This document shows, piece after piece, positions 52,044 through 63,991 of a DNA stretch of 64,000 bases. A program made the translations under genes and the position numbers. Origin of the DNA: an uncultured Veillonellaceae bacterium (lineage in GTDB: Bacteria; Bacillota; Negativicutes; JARBTT01); contig CAWDTA010000002.1 of assembly GCA_963805085.1 (NCBI GenBank), forward strand, positions 1,088,001 through 1,152,000, given 5' to 3'. How positions within the stretch are numbered: position 1 is the first letter of the stretch; each line of letters begins with the position of its first letter. Below the pieces are notes generated by a model that did no database searches, was not told the DNA's origin, and saw only the letters and a program-made list of their open reading frames with translations.

Positions 52044-52072
52044 TTGACAAAAAAATTAGGTGGGTGTAAAAT
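52044..52072 (+). promoter_or_regulatory. Sigma-A/70 promoter for the MFS gene
   Basis: TTGACA (52044-49), 17-nt spacer, TAAAAT (52067-72). Confidence 0.75.
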
Positions 52073-52078
52073 TAACTC

Positions 52079-52179
52079 AATTGATTAACTAGTTAACTAA
52101 TTAGACTGATAATAATAAAAAGAGTAAAAGATATAATTGGTGAAGCTGCTATTCTATATAGTTAACTAGTTAATCAATT
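52079..52179. promoter_or_regulatory. Two inverted 21-bp operator-like sites, each with the palindromic core TTAACTAGTTAA
   Basis: AATTGATTAACTAGTTAACTA (52079-99) and its exact reverse complement TAGTTAACTAGTTAATCAATT (52159-79), just downstream of the -10 element. Confidence 0.7.
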
Positions 52180-52218
52180 ATCGAAGGAAACAAATATATA
52201 AGTTAGTCTAATTTTTAT

Positions 52219-53436
52219 TTGCTAAAAAGGAGAGTATATATGAGTACTGTACAGTTGTGGACAAAAAACTTTATCGCTTTGATTTTATCCAATGCATTAA
52301 TGTTTGGAGGATTTCATATTTTGCTTCCGACGCTTCCGGTTTATGCTGCATATAACGGAGCAACAGGGACACAGATTGGGATTATTACTGGAATCTTTGG
52401 AGTTTCAGCTATCTTTATTCGACTTTTTACAGACTTAGGTGTAAAAACCATGGGAAAGAAAAATTGTTTGTACATTGGTTTACTTATTTCATTGATTTGT
52501 ACTATTAGTTATGCTGTATTTTCTTCAGTAGAAGGAATGATTATCACGAGGGTATTACATGGTTTTGGCTTTGGACTCACTACTACTTTTTCGGCTGCGA
52601 TTGCTGCAGATATTATTCCTGGATCGCGACGCGGCGAAGGTATAGGATATTTTGGTCTAGGAAGTACAGTCGCGATGGCTTTGGGGCCAGCTATTGGTGT
52701 CTGGTTAATTAGTGACTATGGATTTGTAGCTATGTTTATAGCTTCAGCAGTAGGTACTGGTATTGCTCTATTAGGAACAAAATTTTGCTATGTTCCTAAT
52801 AATGCTATTGCTAAGAAAAAAAATGAACTTCATGTATCTTTATTAGATAAGTTTTTTGAAAAAGGTACAGGAATTCCATCTTTACTGACAATGCTATTTG
52901 GAATTAGTTATGGAAGTGTTAATACCTTTATCGCAATGTTGGCACAGGAAGCTCATATTGCGAATTCTGGCTATTTCTTTATAGTCGGTACATTATGCGT
53001 GTTCCTATCTCGTCCGATAGGAGGAAAAATCTTTGATACAAAAGGTGCCGCGTGGATTATATTACCTGGATCAATTTTTTTACTTTTAGGGTTAATTGTG
53101 CTTATTAATACGAAATCGCTTAGTATGCTATTAGGAGCTGCGGTATTATATGGATTCGGTGGAGGCTTTTTACTTCCATCGCTCATCACATGGATGCTAA
53201 ATTTAGTACAGCCTAGTCGGCGTAGTGCAGCTAGTGCTACTTTTTATAATATGCTGGATGTTGGAACGAGTGCAGGCGCTATTTTACTTGGCATGGTAGC
53301 TGAAAAAACAGGATTTATTAGTATGTACAAGTATTCTGCTGGTGCTATGGTACTTTTTTTAATCGTCTTTGCACTTCAAACTTTGATAAGTAGAAGTGTT
53401 AGTGAGAAAAAAGAAGAGCTAATTGAGACTAAGTAA
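52219..53436 (+). CDS. MFS transporter (probable exporter); likely start 52240
   Basis: About 12 TM segments; RVLHGFGFG, DIIPGSRRGEGIG, RPIGGKIFD motifs. Confidence 0.9.
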   Translation: MLKRRVYMSTVQLWTKNFIALILSNALMFGGFHILLPTLPVYAAYNGATGTQIGIITGIFGVSAIFIRLFTDLGVKTMGKKNCLYIGLLISLICTISYAVFSSVEGMIITRVLHGFGFGLTTTFSAAIAADIIPGSRRGEGIGYFGLGSTVAMALGPAIGVWLISDYGFVAMFIASAVGTGIALLGTKFCYVPNNAIAKKKNELHVSLLDKFFEKGTGIPSLLTMLFGISYGSVNTFIAMLAQEAHIANSGYFFIVGTLCVFLSRPIGGKIFDTKGAAWIILPGSIFLLLGLIVLINTKSLSMLLGAAVLYGFGGGFLLPSLITWMLNLVQPSRRSAASATFYNMLDVGTSAGAILLGMVAEKTGFISMYKYSAGAMVLFLIVFALQTLISRSVSEKKEELIETK

Positions 53437-53501
53437 AAATGGCGTATAAATAAAAGTAATTGTATTTTCGTTGAATGTCCAAGATGAAATCTAACTTTTA
53501 C

Positions 53502-53528
53502 ACTTCCAGTTATGCTGGAAGCCTTTTT
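53502..53528 (+). terminator. Intrinsic terminator after the MFS gene
   Basis: ACTTCCAG-TTATG-CTGGAAGC followed by CTTTTT. Confidence 0.65.
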
Positions 53529-53531
53529 CTA

Positions 53532-53579
53532 TGGGGCTGATAATCAGGATCGAACCCACGACCCACTCGTTACAAATGA
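53532..53579 (-). pseudogene. Degenerate 3' half of tRNA-Thr(TGT); probable integration-site (att) scar
   Basis: Minus strand reads TCA-TTTGTAA-CGAGT-GGGTC-GTGGG-TTCGAT-CCTGAT-TATCAGC-C-CCA: anticodon loop with TGT, GTTCGA T-loop, acceptor 3' strand complementary to GCTGATA (typical Thr 5' end) and CCA. No D-arm or 5' acceptor strand. Confidence 0.7.
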
Positions 53580-53620
53580 AAATATAAACTTTAGTTTACG
53601 TTTTACTATGTCTCGGAACT

Positions 53621-53672
53621 AAATAAAATCAAGGATTATAAAGATTTTTCTTTATAATCCTTGATTTTATTT
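53621..53672. repeat. Perfect 24-bp inverted repeat with a 4-nt loop
   Basis: AAATAAAATCAAGGATTATAAAGA-TTTT-TCTTTATAATCCTTGATTTTATTT. Confidence 0.9.
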
Positions 53673-53862
53673 TACATATTTTAGAAAATAAATACTAGAT
53701 GATAACGCTTGGCAACGTTTAGTTGTATAGTCATATAAGAATTTCAAAAATAAACTCTGTGTTTCGTTGAGTTCCGCTGGTTCTTTCGCTCTTATTTTTG
53801 GACCCATCTTTTATTTTAGCTTCAGCCCCAATAACCTCTTTTCGCAACTTAACTTTTTGCAC

Positions 53863-55341
53863 TTAGATTATACATTCGCGACTCGAATAATTAGCGGCGA
53901 TTTTTTTCTCAGCATCCGTTAATAATCGTTTACGCAATACAACTTGCATTTCGTCAACGGCACGTGGAGTAGCAAGAATCTCAGCCAAGGAGGCATGGTT
54001 CGCTTGCATGGCAAGTCCGGCGGAATTCAGTGTAAATAGATTTTCCACTAAGTCAAATCTCGCTTCCGTCCAACCAACATACCAACTCCATTCCGTATAA
54101 TAAAGCCAGCTCTTTTCATTAAATGCCCGCACATGAGTTGGATCCTGCCATGCTCCACAAGACAAATCATAGGGAACATTAATTTTAAAAACACCTCCTA
54201 CTTTTAATAATTTCAAACACACGGTCATCGCCGTAATTAACTCCCTAATATGTTCTAAAACATGACTTGCAATAATCTCATCGAAGGAGTCTTCCTTGAT
54301 CGTTATTATGCCAAATCGTGCAGTTGCAACTTCCTTATTTAAAGGAAAATTATTACTTATGTCAGCAACGACATCAGGCTGCCAATACTGGTTTATATCA
54401 ATATTCAACCAATCTGGCCGAAAAAGCTTCCCACTGCCAAGGTTTATAATTGTTGGTAGCTGTTGTAATTCATTTTTAACAAGGGTTTTTTCAGTAATCA
54501 CGTCACGCAAAATATCGATTTCATTTCTTAAACTAAAACTTTCAAACCCATTCTTCTCCAATAGTTGGCGTTTCTCATCATTGTTAACAAGCTTGATACA
54601 GGTTTCAACAAGTTTATCATAAGGTACTAAAGCAACGGCTGTTCTTAAATCATCAGCAATTTCAGTGTTGTCATTGCATTCAGCGACAACTGCTTTATGA
54701 TTAGCTAATAAATAAGATATTCGAACAATCTCAAATATACTAGAAGCATAAAAATGAATATTAATGATTACTTTGGCCCGGGCAATAGCTACATCTCTTT
54801 CCTTTCCATATACACCAAATAAAGTAACAACAGTAAGCCCACTTTTTTTTAGCTCTTCCATAATTTTTTCACGCCTTACATTCATAGAACCATAAAATAA
54901 AACATCAATATCTTGGGGTGAAACTGGGGCGATGCAGGTCAACTCTGGTACATAACCGATTGGCACATAATATAAAAGATTTTTACAACCCATTTTTCTA
55001 TATTTTTCAATATTGCGTTTGCTATAATCCCATACAGTAAACCTCTTAAACAAAGGCAGCGTTGCAGCGTTAAGCATAGATTTCGAATCAAATTGTTCTA
55101 AATTATAAATAATTGAAGACAAAGGAATTTTATCAATCAAGTCTGCCGTTATAAGATGGATACCTAAGATAATATTAATATTGTCCATTGAAAAGTCGTT
55201 TTCTGTAATTATGATGTTATACCCTAGTCTTTCTATTCCATACCTTAGCATTGTTGCGACCTCTCGAAACCCATCGGAATGTTGATATCCCTGTGGACGA
55301 ATAATTACAATTTGGTAGGTAGTCAAACATACAGGTTCCAT
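53863..55341 (-). CDS. Glycosyltransferase-like (CgeB/YkvP-like) domain fused to a class I SAM-dependent methyltransferase
   Basis: N-terminal DIDVLFYGS..RR and INIHFY...FEIVRISYLLAN; C-terminal INLGSG, ASHVLEH, LKVGG, WQDPTHVR. Confidence 0.7.
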   Translation of the reverse strand: MEPVCLTTYQIVIIRPQGYQHSDGFREVATMLRYGIERLGYNIIITENDFSMDNINIILGIHLITADLIDKIPLSSIIYNLEQFDSKSMLNAATLPLFKRFTVWDYSKRNIEKYRKMGCKNLLYYVPIGYVPELTCIAPVSPQDIDVLFYGSMNVRREKIMEELKKSGLTVVTLFGVYGKERDVAIARAKVIINIHFYASSIFEIVRISYLLANHKAVVAECNDNTEIADDLRTAVALVPYDKLVETCIKLVNNDEKRQLLEKNGFESFSLRNEIDILRDVITEKTLVKNELQQLPTIINLGSGKLFRPDWLNIDINQYWQPDVVADISNNFPLNKEVATARFGIITIKEDSFDEIIASHVLEHIRELITAMTVCLKLLKVGGVFKINVPYDLSCGAWQDPTHVRAFNEKSWLYYTEWSWYVGWTEARFDLVENLFTLNSAGLAMQANHASLAEILATPRAVDEMQVVLRKRLLTDAEKKIAANYSSRECII

Positions 55342-55566
55342 TTCAACACCTCATACCTTTTGGATATATCTATGTTAATCGTTTTAAGTATATGACTATA
55401 TTTAGCCATGTAGTCATATTGAGCGGAGATTTAAGGAATATATTGGTTGGCTTTCAAAACTTAACTAGTACACAAAAATTATATATCAATTCTGTTTCAC
55501 GTCGTTGTCACTCTATGCGTATTATAGGGTGATAACATTTTTTTTTGAAAAAGGAGGCTAATTATT

Positions 55567-56268
55567 ATGTCAGATAAAGATGAAGAACGTTATGGATGTC
55601 ATGGATGTCATGGATATAATGAGTGTAATGAGTGTAATGAGTGTAATGAGTGTAATGAGTGTAATGAGTGTAATAAATTTTCAACAGCATGTTTTATGAT
55701 CCCGGAACCAGGTGCTCAAGGAGCCACCGGAGCCACTGGACCTGCGGGTAGCTCTACTGGAGCAACAGGGCCAACAGGAGCAACAGGACTAACAGGAGCA
55801 ACAGGACTAACAGGAGCAACAGGCTTAACTGGTGATACGGCCCAAATAAGCGGGAGGGAAATTCAGTTACAAAATCCAGCAGTAGTATCTGTTGCATCCG
55901 GAGCACCTGTTTTGTTTGACACAACAGTAAGCGTTCAGTCACTTTTTATTGCATATAACGCATTGACAGGCACGATAACCATTACGGAGACAGGCGTTTT
56001 CTATATTAATTGGTGGGTATCAGTTGATGGGATGGAAGGCGGAGTAGATTTAGTGCCGACATTTTCCATAATTACTTCTGAAGGCGATAATGTAAGAGCA
56101 TCAAGTCCGATCATAACAGGACAATTGAGTGGAAATGCTTTAATTGAAGTTGTCGCCACCCCAATAAGCCCGGTGACTTTACAACTTGTAAATGCTACTG
56201 ATGCAACCATAGGCTATGGTGCAACGCCAATTAAGGCAGATTTAACAATTTTTAATGTAACTTTTTAA
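55567..56268 (+). CDS. Short BclA/BclB-like collagen-repeat spore-surface protein with Cys-rich N-terminus
   Basis: GXT triplets; C-terminal beta-rich domain ([10 protein letters not shown]); RBS AGGAGG. Confidence 0.8.
   Translation: MSDKDEERYGCHGCHGYNECNECNECNECNECNECNKFSTACFMIPEPGAQGATGATGPAGSSTGATGPTGATGLTGATGLTGATGLTGDTAQISGREIQLQNPAVVSVASGAPVLFDTTVSVQSLFIAYNALTGTITITETGVFYINWWVSVDGMEGGVDLVPTFSIITSEGDNVRASSPIITGQLSGNALIEVVATPISPVTLQLVNATDATIGYGATPIKADLTIFNVTF
55592..55674 (+). repeat. 9-bp tandem repeats encoding (GCH)2 and (ECN)6
   Basis: GAGTGTAAT x6 (55621-55674) preceded by ATGGATGTC x2. Confidence 0.95.
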
Positions 56269-56390
56269 TTTATAACCCATAGAAACTGCTGATTTGACAA
56301 GTCAAAATATAATAGGAAAATTAACAAGAATAGAAAGAGTCATGTAGATATATTGAACATGACCCTTTTCATAATATATGGCACATTGTG

Positions 56391-60258
<3,868 letters not shown>

Positions 60259-60274
60259 CAAAGTTACCTGTCTA

Positions 60275-60318
60275 AACAAGAGTTGGAAGCTAAAACTTCC
60301 AACTCTTGTTATGTTATT
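60275..60318 (+). terminator. Intrinsic terminator-like hairpin after the collagen gene
   Basis: 15-bp perfect stem AACAAGAGTTGGAAG / CTTCCAACTCTTGTT. Confidence 0.7.
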
Positions 60319-60449
60319 TCGTAATGAGATTCACTGTAGCGCGAATAACGACGAATTTGTTTTTGTAGAAAATGGAAGTGTATTTTTTATTAATAAACAA
60401 TGCCACCAATGAATATATTTGTAATATATTCCGGAGGAGGTATTGAAAA

Positions 60450-61562
60450 ATGAATGAATTGGAACAAAATTCAGCATCAGCAATAACCATCAGTCTATGT
60501 ATGATTGTAAAAAATGAAGCAGCAACGATTGAGCGTTGTTTACGATCAGTAGCTAGCGCCACTGACGAAATCATAATTGTTGATACAGGCTCTACCGATC
60601 AAACAAAAGAAATCGTCCGTCAATTTACTGATAAAATTTATGATTTTCCGTGGATAGATGACTTTGCGGCTGCGCGCAATTTCGCTTTTAGTCACGCATC
60701 GCAAGAGTATATTCTCTGGTTGGATGCCGATGACGTTCTATTGTCAAACGATTTACAAAAATTGCTACTGTTAAAACAGAATGCTGACGGAACAGTAGAC
60801 TCCTATACCATGAATTACAATGTATCCTTTGACGAAGCTGGCAATGTTGTTTCAACCTTGGGAAGGAATCGGCTTGTCAAACGGTCAAAACATTTTCAAT
60901 GGATTGGACCCGTTCATGAATGCCTAGTAGTTGGTGGGAAGATAGCTAATATGGATATCAGTGTAACGCATAAAAAGGAACATCACGACACTTACGACCG
61001 CAACCTGAATATCTATGAAAATCGCCTTGCAAAAGGTGAAACCTTTTCACCAAGGGATTTATATTACTATGCCAATGAACTAAACGATCACCAAAGGTAC
61101 GAAAAAGCCATTGAATATTATCGAAAAGCTTTAGATACTCAGTTATGCTGGGTCGAAGATAATATTTCCATTTGCGGAAAACTGGCCGACTGTTACAGTG
61201 TTCTTGGCGATGACCAAAATAAGTTAAACTATACGTATCTTTCCTTCAATTACGATACACCACGAGCAGAATTTTGCTGTCGCCTAGGCTTCCATTTTCT
61301 AGGCTTAAAGAGATATCAACAAGCTATATTTTGGTATACACTCGCGATTAACCTGCAAAAGCCTAAAGATCCTCTAGCTATGTTAAACAATGCCTGTTGG
61401 ACGTGGCTCCCCCATCTTCAGCTCTGTGTATGCTACGACAGAATCGGCAAATATGAATTAGCGTGCAAGCACAACGAAATAGCAGCAGGTTTTGTACCAG
61501 AGCATTCTGGAATTTTGTACAATCGCACATATTTCGAAAACCTCTTTAATAAAACTACGTAG
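60450..61562 (+). CDS. GT2-family glycosyltransferase with C-terminal TPR repeats
   Basis: ISLCMIVKNE, VDTGSTD, DDFAAARN, WLDADD (DxD), VHE; TPR-like C-terminus. Confidence 0.92.
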   Translation: MNELEQNSASAITISLCMIVKNEAATIERCLRSVASATDEIIIVDTGSTDQTKEIVRQFTDKIYDFPWIDDFAAARNFAFSHASQEYILWLDADDVLLSNDLQKLLLLKQNADGTVDSYTMNYNVSFDEAGNVVSTLGRNRLVKRSKHFQWIGPVHECLVVGGKIANMDISVTHKKEHHDTYDRNLNIYENRLAKGETFSPRDLYYYANELNDHQRYEKAIEYYRKALDTQLCWVEDNISICGKLADCYSVLGDDQNKLNYTYLSFNYDTPRAEFCCRLGFHFLGLKRYQQAIFWYTLAINLQKPKDPLAMLNNACWTWLPHLQLCVCYDRIGKYELACKHNEIAAGFVPEHSGILYNRTYFENLFNKTT

Positions 61563-61627
61563 TCCATTCACCTAACGTAAGACCTCTCCTGTTACTACAT
61601 TGAATACTTCCTGTTTTTGCCGAAGAA

Positions 61628-61712
61628 GCTACTGGTTGAACTGGCGGAAGGATTGCATTTGATTCCGCAGACGATACTGCGCCGCTTACTGGAGCTCATT
61701 CCTACACGTTAA
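61628..61712 (+). pseudogene. Eroded relic of the 3' end of a collagen-like gene paralog
   Basis: Matches 59854-59896 (GCTACTGG.T.AACTGG.GG..GGATTGCATTTGA.TCC) fused to 60136-60173 (GCCGCTT.CTGGAGCTCATTCCTACACGTTAA). Confidence 0.75.
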
Positions 61713-61788
61713 AGGTAGTGTGTACTAAAAGATTCATTTCCTGACATTCCTTTGGTCCTTTATAAAAAAGAAAGAGGTGATAAGCTAA

Positions 61789-62553
61789 ATGGAATCTACT
61801 GAATTTGTAACCATTGCCATTTTGGCAAAAGACAAAGCGCATGTATTACCTTTGTATCTTAATTTAATTGAGAATCAGACTTATCCCGCTGACAAAATCA
61901 AGCTTTATATACGTACAAACAATAATCATGATCAAACCGCAGTTTTGCTTGAGCAGTGGATAGAAAAAGTTAAGGATCGGTATTCAGAAATCTATTACGA
62001 TTCGAGCGATGTTGCAGACCCCATCCATGAATACAGTCCACATGAATGGAATGCATTGCGATTCCAAGTGTTGGGGCGGCTGCGCCAAGAGTCAGTAGAA
62101 TGGGCGCGAGCAAAAGGAACTCACTATTTCGTAGCTGATTGCGATAATTTTATTGTTCCTAAAACACTGGAAATGCTTCTTAATACCGGTTTGCCAGTCA
62201 TTGGACCCTTGCTAAGAAATGGTGATGATCCAGCCAGCTTATATTCTAATTACCACTACGTTACTGATGAAAATGGTTACTATAAAGGCTCGAAATTATA
62301 TTTCGAAGTATTATACCAGACAATTAAGGGGTTAATTGCGGTGGAAGTAATCCATTGCACTTATTTAATTCGGAATGATGTTTTAGATTTTGTCAGTTAT
62401 GATGATAAAAGTGGTCGGCATGAATATGTAATTTTTAGTGATACCTTAAGAAAGTCAGGTATACCCCAATATATTGACAATCGTCATAATTATGGAAAGC
62501 TGACTTTCTGCAATACAGCGGAAGATTTCCAGTCCAAGAATATAACAATATAG
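61789..62553 (+). CDS. GT-A fold glycosyltransferase resembling the N-terminal domain of procollagen galactosyltransferase (COLGALT/PLOD-like)
   Basis: ILAKDKAHVLP, YP..KI.LYIRTNNNHDQT, RLRQES, FVADCDN (DxD), YSNY....DENGYY, VEVIHCTYLI. Confidence 0.7.
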   Translation: MESTEFVTIAILAKDKAHVLPLYLNLIENQTYPADKIKLYIRTNNNHDQTAVLLEQWIEKVKDRYSEIYYDSSDVADPIHEYSPHEWNALRFQVLGRLRQESVEWARAKGTHYFVADCDNFIVPKTLEMLLNTGLPVIGPLLRNGDDPASLYSNYHYVTDENGYYKGSKLYFEVLYQTIKGLIAVEVIHCTYLIRNDVLDFVSYDDKSGRHEYVIFSDTLRKSGIPQYIDNRHNYGKLTFCNTAEDFQSKNITI

Positions 62554-62670
62554 TCCAATTTATTGGGTTCAGACCCAATGAATCAAGCGCTTGTCAAATC
62601 TAACAATAAGCAATATAGTATGGAAGAAATAAAGAAATAAAGAAATAATCCCGGAATTCGGAGGCTGCCA

Positions 62671-63336
62671 ATGAACGCAAATAAAATTTGTTTTGTAACC
62701 TGCGTAAACGATGAGAAAATGTACCAAAAATGTCTTTGGGATATTCAGCACCTTGAAGTTCCCGTTGGTTATGAGATTGAAACGCTGGCTATAAGAAAAG
62801 CTGTCTCAATGACTGGTGGTTACAATGACTCCCTACATCGGACAGATGCAAAGTATAAGGTGTATTTACATCAAGACGTATATATTATTAACAAGAACTT
62901 TCTTCAAGAAGTATTACATTTGTTTAAACATCCTCAAATCGGTATGATTGGTGTTGCTGGCTGCACGCAAATTCCTTTTAGTGGAATTTGGTGGGAAGCA
63001 GAGAATCTCTATGGGAAAGTTTATGATAGCCATGCGGGAATCATGGGATTACTTGCTTTTCATGAAGTGGAGAATGAATATAAAGAAGTGCAAGGTATTG
63101 ATGGGTTAATTATGATCACCCAATTTGATATAGCATGGCGAGAAGATATTTTCACTGGATGGCATTTTTATGACTTATCACAAAGTAGAGAGTTCAGCCG
63201 CGCTGGATATAAGGTCGTAATTCCCCGACAGTCGGAACCCTGGTGTATTCACGATTCTGGAGTGGCAAACATAAGTGGATATCATCATTATCGCCAAGTG
63301 TTTTTAAATGAATATTGCCCAAAACAATTTCTTTAA
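62671..63336 (+). CDS. Glycosyltransferase-like protein (Glyco_tranf_2_5 type)
   Basis: FVTCVND, GYN, YLHQDV, IGMIGVAG, IDGL, GWHFYD motifs. Confidence 0.82.
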   Translation: MNANKICFVTCVNDEKMYQKCLWDIQHLEVPVGYEIETLAIRKAVSMTGGYNDSLHRTDAKYKVYLHQDVYIINKNFLQEVLHLFKHPQIGMIGVAGCTQIPFSGIWWEAENLYGKVYDSHAGIMGLLAFHEVENEYKEVQGIDGLIMITQFDIAWREDIFTGWHFYDLSQSREFSRAGYKVVIPRQSEPWCIHDSGVANISGYHHYRQVFLNEYCPKQFL

Positions 63337-63400
63337 GCCAATATGCTGAATCTGTCATAAGATAATAGATATCAAAGGTGTGTTACGTAATGGCAAAAAG

Positions 63401-63553
63401 ATGCTTTTACAGAATCGGACACCACAAATACATATTGATCCCAATGAATTAGCTGCAGCAGAATGGTTTGAACGCAGTGAAATTCCTGATGATTCAATGA
63501 AAGGCAGCATAGCCCATGAAATGATTGAAGCCTTTCGAATACAACTATGTTAA
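63401..63553 (+). pseudogene. nudC: C-terminal fragment of an NADH pyrophosphatase (NudC-like)
   Basis: IHIDPNELAAAEWFERSEIP...SIAHEMIEAF resembles the NudC C-terminus; no Nudix box present. Confidence 0.55.
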
Positions 63554-63570
63554 TAGAAATTTAAGAACAA

Positions 63571-63723
63571 GTTATTCAGGTTCGGGAAATTGCCTGCGCT
63601 TTGAGTAATCGGATTTACTCTGTTGCTTCCCAAAAGAGAGTCCTTCTAGAGCTGGATTCAACCTTGCTTTCATCTTATCATGGTGGTGCATATAAGAAAA
63701 AATATCAAAATCAGTTTAGATGA
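63571..63723 (+). mobile_element. Possible IS1380-family transposase fragment
   Basis: RIYSV....VLLELDSTLLSSY resembles the IS1380 LDLDST.L..YG motif; short, and no terminal repeats seen. Confidence 0.3.
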
Positions 63724-63991
63724 AATTTAGAATGGAGAAGATTCGAAAAAAATCAAGTAGCAAAAGTGGGGAAGAACGCTTTACCTGATAGTAAAAACTC
63801 TATAAATAATGAATCATCAGCAGCTTTCTATGATAAAATTAAAAATCATAGAAAGTTATTTTTTTTCTTAGGTTGATCCAATTGGTGCTATGTCTTTGCA
63901 TGTATGAGATAACTGGTTGAGATTACGAGCGTGAGAAAGTTATTTTTTGCGTAGATTCAGATATGAATTGAATTAGAAGAGGTGTATAAAT

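Noticed and set aside
53532-53579. Functional tRNA-Thr gene
   Set aside because: The 5' half (acceptor 5' strand, D-arm) is absent and the T-stem does not pair properly.
53821-53833. TCAGCCCCA match to the tRNA-scar end in the opposite orientation
   Set aside because: Only about 9 bp; compatible with chance.
55594-55612. CxxCH (CHGCH) heme c-binding motif in the small collagen protein
   Set aside because: It arises from a 9-bp repeat, and there is no signal peptide for cytochrome c maturation.
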